The notes below the pieces were generated by a model that saw only the letters and a list, made by a program, of their open reading frames with translations, did not search any database and was not told the DNA's origin. This document shows, one piece after another, positions 51,300-63,644 of a stretch of DNA of 64,000 nucleotides; position 1 is the stretch's first letter, and each line of letters opens with the position of its first letter. The DNA comes from Isurus oxyrinchus (lineage: Eukaryota). Location of the stretch: assembly GCA_026770705.1 (NCBI GenBank), contig JANJGN010000008.1, positions 152,086,001 through 152,150,000 on the forward strand, written 5' to 3'. Both the position numbers and the translations under genes were made by a program.

Positions 51300-52731
51300 G
51301 CCTTGGTGCTCCCCTGACCTCCACAGCGGAGGTGGGGGCAGCCTGCTGACTGCCATGCCCTTTCTGTGATGACCTTGGCGGTCATTCACTGGAAGGCTGA
51401 GACCTGGAGGGCCCCGGCCTTCTTTGGGTGTCCTGCTGTAGGCCAGCTGCACCCTCCTCAGCTTGTTGAGCTGGAGTTGTAGGGGTCACAGGAAGAGGGG
51501 ATTAGGATTGGATGGCCACTCCCGCAGTCACCTGGATGGATGGCTCCGGGGTGTCGAGCTGCTGGTCCTCCTCCCTCTGGGTGCCTGAGGGCCCCTGGCT
51601 GACTCTTTGAGAACAAAGGGAAGCTGGAGTGAGATTGAACTGCCCTGCACCCCTCTTGCATTGACACTGTTGGAGGCCAACTATGGCGTCAGTGGTGGAA
51701 TTCAACCTGTGCAGCAGTGCAGGAGCGCTCTCCTGGACCAAGGCCTCCATGGCGGCCGCCTCCTACCTATGGTGATCTTGGTGCATTGACATGCTGGCGC
51801 TATCAGCTCAGATTCAAGGCAGACAGACTCCTCCATCGTGCCTTGCAATCTGAGGAGTGCAGCGGACACCCCTTCCTGATGTTCCCGATATTGCCTTTGC
51901 AGCTCCAGCAACTCAGATATGACTGAGTCCAGAGGCTCCTCATCTGACTCAGACTCAGCAGATTTCTGGTCTCAAGCAGCCTTCCGAGTGTCAAACACCA
52001 GGGAAATCCCTGCCTCCGCCTGCTGTGGAGCAGATGGTGCGGTGTGCTCACTAGATTGTGACCCCGAGGCTTATCTAGAACTAAGTCCCACCAAGGTGTG
52101 TGTCTCTGCACTTGTGGAGGGTGTGGGTGAGCGCTGTGACGGGTCTTCAATTAGGGTGTCATCAGATTCTTGTTCTGAGGTGTCTTTGGGGCTTGAGTCG
52201 AGGATCTGGCTGCTTCCCAGATGTGCCTGCATGCCAGCTTGTCTTGCATGAATACAGATAGAGAGAGTGTGAGCAGGATGCCTGCCAGGGCAGATGAGAA
52301 GAATGCCTGGCATGTGTGGGTGGTAAGTGGTTCCATGGACAGGAAGAGGATACGATCCGCAGGGCAGATGAAGGTGTGTGTGAGAGGGTGAATGGTGATT
52401 AGACATTGAATAGGCAGTGAGTGAGATCCCTGTGGGTGTGTGATGGGTTTGTGAGCGTGTGAGTTGAGAGTGATGAGAAGAGTGACTTACCCCGGCGGAA
52501 TGGGTGAGATCATTCATCCTCTTTCGGCACTGGGCAGCTGTACTCTTGTGAAGGACAATGGCACTGACCATGGCTGCCACTGCCCCCCATGCTGGTTTGG
52601 CTTTGCTTGTTGGTCTTCGTCCAGAGCAGGGGGTTGGGCACTTCACGGCCAGCCTCCACTGCACCCAGTAGGCGCTCGAGGGAGGTGTCGCTAAATTTGG
52701 GGGCAGCATGTTCCCTCCCTTTAGCAGCCAT
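51300..52731 (-). pseudogene. Harbinger Myb/SANT-like gene relic (exon 1 52731-52491)
   Basis: MAAKGREHAAPKFSDTSLERLLGAVE, then after a frameshift AW.AVAAMVSA..TAAQCRKRMNDL, ending at donor GGG|gtaagt. TATTTAAA lies ~55 nt upstream. Confidence 0.82.
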
Positions 52732-52971
52732 GACTTTGTAGCAGCTTTTGATCCCTTAGAGAGAGCTAGCTCTGTGCAGGGGTGCCCTTTAAATATAGCG
52801 CCCAGATTCCTGAAGACCTGAGGTGATGGCAGGGCGGGTGAATCAGAGGCTGCCACCAGCGACCTGGTGTGTTGCCCATGAATGTGTCATTAATGAGGCG
52901 GGATGCAGCGGGAATAGGACGAGAACCTGTTTGCATATGTGCTTTTTTTATTCATTTAGGCACTGCTGGCG

Positions 52972-53585
52972 ACCTAGGAACAGAGGAGCAGGAGTGAGCC
53001 ATTCAGCCGCTCGAATCTGCTTTGCTATTTAACTAGACCATGACTGATCTTCTATCGCAACGCCATCTGCCTGTATCATCCCCGAACCCCTGGATATCAT
53101 TGGCAGCTAGAAACCAATTGACCTCTGCTTTGAACATGCTCAGTGATTGACCTTCCACAGCCTCCTGGGGAAAGAGAATTCCAAAGATTTACCACCCACT
53201 GACTGAAGAAATTCCTCCTCACCTTGGTCCTAAATGGCCTACTTCTTATGCTGAGACTGTGTCCCCTGGTTCTAGACTCCCCCCAACCAGGGAAACATCC
53301 TCCCTGCATCTACCTTGTTGAACCCTGTAAGTATTCTGTACATTTCAATGGAATCGCCTCTCAAGTATACAGGCCCAGTATCCTCAATCTTTCCTCATAG
53401 GATGAGGACGCCATCCAAAGGATTTGCCTGGCAAACCTTTGTTGCCCTCCCTCTGCGGCCAGTAGCTCCTCCCATAGGTAAGGAGATCAAAACTGTATAC
53501 AGTACTCCAAGTGCGGTCCCACCGAGGTTCTGTCCAACTGCAGCAAGATTTCCTTACTCCTGCACTCAAATCCCCTTGCAATAAA
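52972..53585 (-). mobile_element. CR1 LINE 3' fragment
   Basis: ESRTRGHSLSIRSRPFRTKVRRNFFSQWVVNLWNSL. Confidence 0.85.
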
Positions 53586-53592
53586 GTCTGCT

Positions 53593-53900
53593 GTTATTGC
53601 CCATCCCTAAATAGTTTTGCAAAGGTGGTGATGAGCCATCTTCTTGATAACTGAGAGTCTTGCTTGGTCATTTCAGGGGGCAGTTACGAGTCAACCACAT
53701 CGCTGTGGGTCTGGGGTCACTTGTAGGCCAGACTGGGTAAGGACAGCAGATTTCCTTTCCTGAAGGACATGAGTGAACCAGACTGGCAGTTTCATGGTCA
53801 CCATAACTGATGCTGGCTTTTCGTTACAGATTTATTTCATTCACTGTATTTAAATTCTCCAGCTACAGTGGTGGGATTTAAACTCGCGTCTCTGAATTGT
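53593..53900 (-). mobile_element. tRNA-derived SINE fragment (24763 family)
   Basis: gagtcaaccacatcgctgtgggtctggggtcac..ggtaaggacagcagatttcc matches 26730-26800. Confidence 0.7.
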
Positions 53901-54099
53901 TAGTCTAGGCCACATTTGCTGTCTTACAGGTACCACACAAACTGTGAATACACACTTTGCAGCAAATCTCAGTGGAGGGTGAGTTGAAATGCCAGGGAGC
54001 ATTTCCTCCCTGAGTGCAGTATATAGGATATATAGTATATAATATATAGGATAACTTCATTGAGCCTCTGTCCATGTGGTTCATACTGCAGCAATCAAT

Positions 54100-54297
54100 T
54101 TTTTTTAATAATGCATGGGATGTAGCTGGGCCAGCATTTATTGCCCATCCCAAAGTGCCCTTGAGAAGGTGGTGGTGAGCTGCCTTCTTGAACCGCTGCA
54201 GTCCATGTGGTGTAGGTACACCCACAGTGTTGTTAGGGAGGGAGTTCCAGGATTTTGACCCAGTGACAGTGAAGGAACGGCGGTATAGTTCCAAGTC
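54100..54297 (-). mobile_element. CR1/L2-group LINE 3' end
   Basis: Reverse complement of 16590-16795. Confidence 0.85.
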
Positions 54298-54434
54298 ATC
54301 TATTAGCTAGCTAGTCTGTGTGGCTCAGGTCTGCACTGGGCAGTTCATCTGTCCATCAAATCTTTTGAAGGGATGCTTTTTAAGCTTCTTTCAGCCCAAA
54401 GTCTTCTAACCGTTTTACAGTGCCTGCAGACATT

Positions 54435-55047
54435 GGCCAGAATTTTTAGCTCATCGGGCAAGCGTGTCCCCAATGCGAACAAGCGTAAAATGATGCACGA
54501 TGATGTCAGGAGAGCGTCCCGATGCTATCAGGCACTCGCGCGATATTGTGGTCTGCTGGCGCGTACATGAGTTGACAGCGTGCCCGCCGACAATTTAGAG
54601 GCCGATTAAGGCCATTAACAATGTAATTAAATGAAATTCTTCACTGCCCGTCCAATCTTACAGTTGGCGGACAGGCAAAAAGGCCAATTTTTGCGACACT
54701 TCATCCATGGGCGGGATGAGGTTCCGATCCGTCATTTAAAAAGAAATAAATTTTCCTACTCACTTCTAACATGTCTCTTCTCATGTGACAGGGAGACAAA
54801 GTTTTTCTCACACCTTAAACTTCTTTTTTATATATCTCTACCTCCCTGAGGCAGCTCTGTGCTTGTCCTCCTCCCCAGCCCCCCACCAACGCACAGGCAG
54901 CTCTGAGCGCTTCAGTGCGCGTCTCACACTGGCTGGGCTTTACTTGGCCCGCTAGCGTGAAATCATGGCCAGGCCCCGAATGCAGGTGACCGTCAGCTTC
55001 CTGACTGCTCCCAACCGAGCCCGACCGACGAGGGCAAAATTCTGCCC
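54435..55047 (-). mobile_element. Harbinger-type MITE (family A ends), complete
   Basis: TIRs GGCCAGAATTTT / AAAATTCTGCCC and exact att TSD (54432-54434, 55048-55050). Reverse complement of 3447-4081. Confidence 0.88.
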
Positions 55048-56444
55048 ATTATTAATTTGCCATTAATGTTTGTGGGATGTGATATAAGGCAGTGCAGAAT
55101 TCAGGCTGGATCTTGCTTGCTTGAGGCATCTTGTGACGTGCAGAACTTTCTCCTGCACTTTTCAGCTCAAAAAGTATTTGTAACTAGTTGGGTGATGGTG
55201 CAGCGGGGTTAATGGGGCACCTGGAACCTTAGCGAACAGTGGGAGCAACAGTCTATTTCTGTAACCAATAAGATTTAAAGAGTGAGAAATAAACAGAGCA
55301 ACGAGAGAGAAGGAAATATTTTAAAACAGGTACAGAAATAAAAATGAAGGGAGGGAAGATTGGATTAAAAGGGAGAAAAAAGAAAGGAAAAATAAGAATT
55401 TTTATTAGATTTGATGTTTATTAATATCTCTATCAACAATTTACTATATGTAGGAGTGAGGCTCAGTAGTTAAGTTGTTCCCCATTCTGAACCAGAGAGA
55501 TTGATTGGCATTACACTAATAATGATCATTGGTGCAAAAAGGGTGCTTGAGCTGTTAATTATGAGTCCCAACTTTCTGTGGCAATTTGAATGAACAATTG
55601 ATGTGCAAATCTGGTAAGTTCTTGAAAATTATGAAGAGGCTAAGGGTGAGATGCCATTTATGTGAAGCTAATGATGGAGCGGTTCAAATTGACCAGCAAG
55701 TTCTGTAGATTTGCAACTCATAGAATATCTCTTAATCCCCTGAAATTGCTGGCCGAATTGTGCATTAATAAACAGTTATTTTCCCAGGAAGATTTGTCTC
55801 AATGTGTTTGTGTGATAGATGCACGGTAAGTACAGAGAATTACATAGGTACCTAGATGGGTGCTAGAAAGCCACACAGCATTAAGGAGCTCAGATAAGCT
55901 ACAAATACAAATCTTCATATCGGATTTAGATTGATACCTTAAAATCATTCCCACTCTCTATACGCTATTTATAGCGTATATAACTTCAGTTTGTGTGGGC
56001 ATGTTCACTTTTAGATTTTATTTGATCGGTTTTGCTTTGATGGAGACTGTCATTCAATGTGCTCACTGATTGTCTATGGGCCCCACATCATTGATTTGTG
56101 ATGATATTCATGCTGCAGGATTAATTATCACCTTGCCATTACTGAAGTTTACTGAGAATTAATCTGCTGCTGATTATCAACATATTTGTTGTGCCCCTGA
56201 ATATAACTTAATGTTATAACTTAGTCATTGTAATATATGTGTTTGTGTGTATCCAACCAATTTACTTTTTATATGAGCCTTTAACTCATTGTGTTACTTT
56301 CCATTCAAGTCAGAAAATAATTAAAGCAGTAGAGAAATCAGATAGTAATCTCCATCCATTCCATCTCCCCATTCCCCCACCCCTTGCATCCAATATCCTA
56401 TTAAGGATGGAGAAAGAACTCTGCTATCCAGAGCCTTAAGAATG

Positions 56445-56642
56445 AAATCTGAGCTGACATTCCAGTGCAGTACTGAAGGAGTGCTGCAATGTAGGAGGTA
56501 CTGTTGTTCGGAAGTGATGTGAATTGAGGTCCTGTCTGCCCTCTCAGATGAACGTAAAAGATCCCTCATTACTATTTTGAAGAAGAATAGTGGAATTCTC
56601 CCTGGTGTCCTGGTGACCATCTGTCCCTCAATCAGCATCACT
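56445..56642 (+). mobile_element. Deu-domain SINE fragment
   Basis: ccagtgcagtactgaaggagtgctgca..tgtctgccctctcagatgaacgtaaaagatccc..gaagaagaatag. Confidence 0.7.
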
Positions 56643-56727
56643 ATCACCTATCCTAATATCGTGGTGTCAACATTTGTTTGATAATCACTCCTGTGAAGAA
56701 TCTTGGGATAATAGATCATGCTAAAGG

Positions 56728-57510
56728 TGCAGTCATGTCCAAATGCAGCAAGATCTGGACAATACCCAGGCTTGGGCTGACAAATGGCAAGTAACATTCG
56801 TGCCACACAAGTGCCAGGCAATGACTGTCTCCAACAAGAGAGGATCTAACCATCACCCCTTGACAATCAATGGCATTACCATCGCTGAACCTCCCACTAT
56901 CAACATCCTGGGGGTTACCATTGACCAGAAACTGAACTGAACTAGCCATATAAATACTATGGCTACAAGAGCAGGTCAAAGGCTCAGAATTCCGCAGCGA
57001 GTAGCTCACCTCCTGACTCCCCAAAGTCTGTCCACCATCTACAAGGCACAAATCAGGAGTGTGATGGAATACTCTCCACTTGCCTGGAGGAGTGCAGCTC
57101 TAACAACACTCAAGAAGCTTGACACCATCTAGTACAAAACAGCCCACTTGACTGGCATTCCATCCACAAATGTTCACTCCCTCCACCACTGATGCACAGT
57201 AGCAGCAGTGTGTACCATCTACAAAATGCATTGCATCCTCCTTAGACAGCACCTTCCAAACCCATAACCACTATTATCTAGAAGGACAAGGGCAGCAGAC
57301 ACATGGGAACCCCACTACCTGGTAGTTCCCCTCCAAGCCACTTGCCATCCTGACTTAGAAAAATTTTTGGCCTTCCTTCACTGTCACTGGGTCAAAATCC
57401 TGGAACTCCTTCCCTAACAGCACTGTGGGTGTACCTACACCACATGGATTGTAGCGGTTCAAAAAGACAGCTCACCATCATCCCAGTGATTCATGAATGA
57501 AAAAAAAAAT
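56728..57510 (+). mobile_element. CR1/L2-group LINE 3' part
   Basis: MQQDLDNTQAWADKWQVTFVPHKCQAMT..LGVTIDQKLN, colinear with 15950-16795. Confidence 0.9.
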
Positions 57511-58218
57511 GCAAGTTGTTACACCATCATATCTCGTGCCAGCTTGATGTTGACAGGAATTCATTGATGAACACTGATCAGCTCCTCAGTTGCGCCTGCA
57601 TTATATTTTTGGTGGGGGGAGGGGGGTGGTGGTGGGTGTAGGTGGGGAGGGAACTCCATATCAGATGAGTAATTAAATTATTAAAGCCTGCTTTTCCAAA
57701 CCATATCAAGCCAAGCCCCCTTTCACGAGCAAAGGAAAGAAAGGCCACTTGTTACCAAGACACTGGAGGATTAGGATAATCACTCTGACCCAAATATAGA
57801 ATCCCACAAGGACCTCGTATTTGGTTCATCAGTTTAATAAGTATTTACATGCATTTATTATAATGCTTTTGGACTTTATTTCCTGAAGGCATTTCTATAT
57901 GTATTTCAATAGTGCACTTGTTTAACTATCACCATTGACAGTGGATCTCATTAAACATCAGCATCGCTTTAAACTTAGTCTGCTCTGATTGAAAGTGCAT
58001 GGTTTGAATTCAGTGGCTAGTGCGCTCAGTTGATTGTAGATTAAAGAAATATATCAGGAGTCTAATCTCAAAGCCAAAGGCTATGATTTGTCCTAGGGCA
58101 CAGCTACCTGTGCATCACAGGAAAGTTATTGTTTTATAACTGGCTTACGGCTTTAAATGAAAATCATTTTTGTTTTTAATTTTGTATGTTTGTACAGTTT
58201 CAGATTATTGAAGATGTC

Positions 58219-58364
58219 ATGGTCAAGGGAGCATGCAGGATTTGTGCCATGATCTATCTTTTCCTGAGCTTTGGAAGCTGGCCATTTAGAGCTTGTTTTT
58301 CACTTTCTATCAGTGGAGAGAGAAAAGGACTTTCCACTCTAGTTGTAGAATCCCCTTGTGAAAG
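58219..58364 (+). CDS. Candidate first coding exon (signal-peptide-like) of an unidentified secreted or membrane protein gene; exon starts at 58198 or 58204
   Basis: T-rich tract with tandem acceptors tacag|tttcag|, strong Kozak context gtcATGG and donor AAG|gtaatc. The peptide MVKGACRICAMIYLFLSFGSWPFRACFSLSISGERKGLSTLVVESPCE has a basic-then-hydrophobic N-terminus. Confidence 0.5.
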
Positions 58365-58731
58365 GTAATCATGGCACAGTCACTGGTGGAGGTGTACACA
58401 GCCCCTTGCAATGTCTTTATTAAGGTTTGGACCAGTATCCATTATGGTCCAAGCTAACAGCACAGCCTTGCAGTGTGGGTTAGGAGAAGGTCTGCGCCTG
58501 AGCTGAGAGCACAGCATGCAGTCCAATGGCTGAAGCTGCTGCCAATCGGTCAAGTAGCGTGGGGCGGAGGTGGTGGGGGTTTCGGACAGCCATGAAGCGC
58601 ACTACACACTGGCCAGCACTCTCCGGCATGTGTGAAGGGGCCTTCAGGCTTGATCAAGAGAGGCTTTTAGGACACATATGCTAACCCTTGGGTCTCTCCC
58701 TTTGATCCTGCAGGAGGAGAGCATCAGGATC

Positions 58732-59860
58732 ATGGAGCCTGGTGATTTAGCAGTCTGCCTCATGGCCTACAGGGAGCAGAGAAGAAGAAGAAGAGAACAG
58801 CAGAGGCACCTGGCTCGGCAAAGGGAGGGGCACCTCCCTTAAGATGAAGGGCCTACTGTGCGCTCAGCTGAAGATCCACAGGGAGCCGTTGCTTGTAGGC
58901 ACCTTACTAGACCCAGGGTCTTTAGATGGCTGCAGCATTTGGCGCCACGGGGACATGGAGGGCATCCACTGCCAGTACTCATGAAAGTGACTGTGGCACT
59001 CAATTTATATTTATATGCCAGTGGCTCCTTCCAGGATTCCACAAATGACCTGTGTGGGATTTCGCAAGCCTCCATGCACAAGATATCCTGGAGGTCCTGG
59101 ATACCGCTTTCGCGAAGGCACAGAACTTTGTCCATTTTGCCTGGGATCAGGAAAGCCAGGAAAAGCAAGAGCACTAGGATTTGCGCAGATCTCAGGTTTT
59201 CCACAGGGGCAGGGTGCTATCGACTGCACTCATGTGGCGCTTAGATCTGCATGGCAACAAGCAGTCAATAACATCAACCACAAGGACTTCCACTTGCTGA
59301 ATGTTCAGCTGGTGTGCGACCACCACAAACACATCCTACTGGTCTGCGCACGATTCCCAGGGAGTGTCCACAGCTCCTACAACAGTTTCAGGTCTCAGAT
59401 CCCTGACATCTTCCAGGGTCCACAGAGGCTGCAGGGTTGGCTCCTCGGGGACAAGGGCTACCCACAGAGGACGTGGCTGATGATGCCCGTGCGGTGGCCT
59501 CAGACTGCAGCAGAGCGACGGTACAATGAGGCTCAGGCCACGACCCGGACTTTGGTGCAGCATACAATAGGCATCTTGAAAATGAGGTTCCGGTGCCCTG
59601 ACAGGCCCGGTGGAGCACTGCAATACAGTCACCGGGGGAGTCACACAACAACACAACGTGATGCTGCAACAGGGGGAGGACTTGGCTGAGGAGGAGATGG
59701 AGGAGCTGCACGTATCCTCCAATGAGGAGGACATCGAAGGGGATGACGGTGTTGAGGTTCTTGAAGGCGAGGATGCCAGCGATGAAAGTATCACACTGGC
59801 CAGATGACGGAGGCACGTTCAGGAGGCCCTCATAGCTGCAAGTTTCGTGGAGGATGATGA
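58732..59860 (+). pseudogene. Harbinger transposase (HARBI1-like DDE nuclease), near full length but disrupted
   Basis: GGHPLPV..KVTVALN..ASGSFQ..DLCGISQ, GFP..QGAIDCTHVAL, LNVQLVCD, ARFPGSVH, WLLGDKGYP, ERRYN and IG.LKMRFRC. Stop at 58840, frameshifts, and the catalytic E replaced by Q (VQH versus VEQ in copy 1). Confidence 0.92.
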
Positions 59861-60619
59861 AGAGATGCAGTGAGGACAGTCCTGAAATCCTCACCTTGCA
59901 TCTGTGAACGTTTGACTCCTGTGTGGCTGATGGCAGCGCACATACCCTCAGTGCTCAGGCTCATGTCATGGAGACGCAGCGCAGGCCCTAATAATCGCTA
60001 GATTCCAGGAGGATGATGATGACATGCAGTGAGGACACCACAGATCTTCACATTGCCTCTGTGAATGTCTGACTCCTGTCTGGCTGAGGGCAGCTCACTT
60101 GCGCTCTGTGTTCAGGGTCATATCATGGAGATGCAGTTGTGAAACTTTAAATGCACCTGATCCTTTGTCAGCCTTCAGCACCTGACCCCTTCAGGAGCAC
60201 ATTGTCACCGGTTACAGATTCTGAAGAGATGGGGGGCTAGCCCCACCTCAAAGATGCTGAGAACACACAGAGAGAATGATGAAACTCTGTGACACCTGCC
60301 CACGACATTCTGGCAACAATGATCAGCACCATCGAGGTGCAGGCATCAGTAATGTGTCCAGTGAGTGTGAAGCTGGACCATCACTTTGGTCTGAAGGTTA
60401 CACACTGCACAGGGAAGAGGCCCTGGACTGAGACACCTGCCTTTATCTTGTGCAGGAACCAAGGTTTCACATCTGAGTGACACGATTACTGCTCATTATA
60501 ACAAGGAGCCACAGGCAAGGAGACAGTCTTGGGAGTTTGTTTACAATAGTGAACATTATGTACAAGTGATTAACACCCGTGCCCAGGCTGTACAGCTACA
60601 TCTTCTAACCTTCCTAATC

Positions 60620-62134
60620 CTGTCTTGTTGCTCCCCTAACATTCACAGCAGAGGTGGAGGCAGCCTGCTGACTGCCACGCTGTCCGTGATGACCTTGGCG
60701 GGCGCCCTTTGGAGGGCTGAGACCTGGAGGGCTCCAGCTTGCTTTCAGGGTCCTGCAATGTGGCAATAGCACCCATCTTGGCCTGTGGAACTGGAGCTGC
60801 TGGTGTCACAGGAAGAGGGGATTTGGATGGGCCAGACTCTGCAACTGGGTGGATGGCCCTGGGGTGTGGACCTGCTGATCCTCTTCCCAATGGATGCCCA
60901 AGGGCCCCAGGCTGACTCCTTGAGAAGAAGGGGAAGCTGGAGTGAGATCGAGCTGCCCGGCACCCCTCTCATGTACATACTGTCGGAGACCAACTACAGT
61001 GTCAGCGATGGAGTTCAGCCTGCACAGTAGTACAGGACCAATGTCCTAGACCAAGGTCTGCAGGGCGGCTGCCATTCTACCAGTGTTGACTTTGGTGCAT
61101 TGGCATACCTGTGCTATCACCTTAGATTCAGGCTCCTCCATCGTGCCTCGCAATCTGAGGAATGCAGCGGACATCCCTTCCTGACGATCCCGAGCTTGCC
61201 TTTGCAGCTCCAGCAACTAAGGTATGACCAAGTCTAGAGGCTCTTCACCTGACTTGGGGTCAGAAGATCTCTGGCCTCCAGCAGTCCTCTGAGTGCCGGA
61301 AACCTGCGATGGAGCAGGTAGTGTGATGTGCTCACCAAATTGTGACCCTGAGACTACACTAGAGCTAGGTCCCACTGAGGTGTGTCTGTGCACTGGTGGA
61401 GGGTGTGGGTGAACGCTGTGACGGGACTTCAATTAGGGTGTCATCAGGTTCTTCTGAGGTGTCTTCGGAGCTTGAGTCAAGGACCTGGGTCTTGGTCTCC
61501 CTTCGCTGCTTCCCAGATGTATCTGTGAAAGCAAAGAGAGATAATTAGTGCACGGCAGGGGGCTGCCGAATAGGGGAACTCACAGCATGGTTGTCTGATA
61601 GATGTTGCATTGCTGGATCCTCACTTGGTTGAGCACCACCGACCTCACTGTCAGCACAGGAATGGTCCAGATCGTTGTCGGCCAGCTGGATGACTCTAAT
61701 TGCAAAGTCCCGAAAGGACCTTGACATTGGGTATTCCTCCACCAGTCTGTGGCCTCTCCCATTCGTCGTGTGCCGGCTTGTCCTGCATAAATACAGATAG
61801 AGAGTGAATGGTGATGTTCCTTGAACTGACAGTGAGTGAGATCCCTGTGGATGTGTGATGAGTTTGTGAGTGTGTGAGTCAAGAGTGAATTGCCCTGGCG
61901 GAATGGAGGAGATCATTCATCCTCTTTCAGCACTGGGTGGCTGCCCTCTTTTGCAGGGCATTGGCGCTGACTCCCACTGCCATTGCCTCCCATGCTGTAT
62001 TTGTCACTTTGCTTGCTGGCCTTTGCCCAGAGCAGGGGTAGAGGACTTCATGGCAGGCCTCCACTGTGTCCAGTAGGTGCCTAAGGGAGGCTTGCTAAAT
62101 TTGGGGGTAGCATGTTCCTCCCTCTGGCAGCCAT
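60620..62134 (-). pseudogene. Harbinger Myb/SANT-like gene relic
   Basis: Colinear with 51300-52731. QC*KRMNDL relic near 61935-61908 and acceptor tatttatgcag near 61783. Keeps an exon-2 segment that is deleted in copy 1. Confidence 0.78.
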
Positions 62135-62421
62135 GACTTTGCGTCAGCTTCTGACCCCTGAGAGAGAGCTGGCTCTGTGCAGGGGCACCTTTTAAATATG
62201 GCGCCCAGATTACTGAAAGCCTGAGGTGGTGGCAGGGCGGGTGAATCAGAGGCCGCCCCACCAGCGATCAGGCGTGTTTCCCCGGAATGCGTTATTAATG
62301 AGGTGGGACATGCCAGGAATGGGACGATAAGGCATGAAAACCAGCCATTGCAGCCAGTGTGTAAAACATCCTTTTACTCGCCCGCTACAGCACTTTGTGC
62401 AAGTCTGGGATGATTCAGCCC

Positions 62422-62780
62422 ATTCAGCCCCTCAAACCTGTTCTGACATCCAACTAGACCATGGCTGATCTGTATCAACTCCATTTACCTGGTTCCATAA
62501 TTCTTAACACCCTGATTAGACAAAAAAAATCTATCAACCTCAGTGTTGAAATGTTCCATTGACCCTGAGATCAACACCTTTTTCGGGAACAGAGTATCAG
62601 ATTTCCACTACCGTTTGTGTGAAGAAGCGTTTCCTGGCATCATCATTAATATTCCAGCTCTAATTTTAAGGCTTGTCCCCTTGTTCTGGACTCACTAGTG
62701 AAGTTATATTCTTTATTAACTCCTTTAATCATCTTAAACACCTCAGTTAGATAAATTTTAATCTTCTATACTCCAGGGAC
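62422..62780 (-). mobile_element. CR1 LINE 3' fragment
   Basis: attcagcccctcaaacctgttc..catggctgatctg..tttgtgtgaagaagcgtttcc, a reverse CR1 tail. Confidence 0.7.
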
Positions 62781-63644
62781 TGAGATAAAGACCAACATTC
62801 GATCAGCATTTTGAATTATTTTTGTTTCTACACACTAGCTAAACCCAACTCTGGCATCTCTACTGCTAACGGTGGCTAGGATCAGCATGGGCCAAGGAAT
62901 CTACCCCAAATTGCTCCTAATTTGAATATGTTCGGTCACTAACCTGGCGTGGTTAGTAACGAACTGAGCCAGTGGCTAGGGGTTGGACTGTAAAAGGGTT
63001 AATGAGCTAATAAAAAGCACAGTGTAACAACTGTAGCATCACCCTAGCTATCAGTCTAACCATGTCTATACAGCACTTCAATCAGCTGACTGGATCCCAG
63101 AGTTACGGAGCTGGTTAATTCTAGTTTTGAATTATTGTTACTCATTTTGAAAAGGGCTTGGGGTATTAAATTAGAAAATAATGCTTTTCTGTTTCTTTGG
63201 GCTAGCTAATCTGGCATCCAGAGTTTATCTGGAGATTATAGTTTTGAATTTATATAGACTAGAAAGCAGTTTAAGTGGCGACTGAATCCTAAGGCCTCTA
63301 TAAGAGGCTCATAAGAGATTTTGAGGTCACAATAAGAAATTGCTTTTGTCCGTTGGCTTTTACTGTAACTTGACATGAGGTTGAACCTCGGGAATTTTAA
63401 CAGCTTTTTAGATTTCTTGTAAGGAACGGCTTATCACCAATAAAATGTTGCAAAGCATTCTCACTGGTAACAGTAGGATGGTTTAGGGGGTAATTGCCCT
63501 GTCAAGTGTGGCACAGGGACATACACTCAGGAGGGTTCCAGCTCCAGTTCCTGGTGCAACCTGTGATCAGACCTCAACCAGGGAGCAGAGAAATGAATCC
63601 ACAGCCATCCTGATTCAAGGGAGGGTGGGAGGTGGGAAGTCACT

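Larger units (their letters stand above)
50094..52925. mobile_element. PIF/Harbinger transposon family B, copy 1 (left TIR kept, internal deletion, right tip lost)
   Basis: Starts GGGCAGAATCGTC, an 11 of 13 match to the reverse complement of 62409-62421. From ~50150 it is colinear with 59470-62330. Confidence 0.85.
58400..62421. mobile_element. PIF/Harbinger transposon family B, copy 2 (right TIR kept, left end not found; left boundary approximate)
   Basis: Ends GATGATTCAGCCC at 62421, abutting a CR1 tail. Carries convergent transposase and Myb/SANT relics. Confidence 0.85.

Noticed and set aside
55959-55990. Perfect 10-bp inverted repeat tatacgctat-tt-atagcgtata next to ataacttc, reminiscent of loxP
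   Set aside because: Does not match the 13-8-13 loxP layout. A single short AT-rich palindrome with no supporting context.
59015-59689. Domesticated HARBI1 host gene
   Set aside because: Stops, frameshifts, loss of the catalytic Glu, a neighbouring Myb relic, a TIR and a sister copy show it is a decayed transposon.
62800-63260. Recurring ttttgaatt and atc(c)cagagtt motifs
   Set aside because: Short, AT-rich and irregularly spaced. At most a small degenerate duplication.
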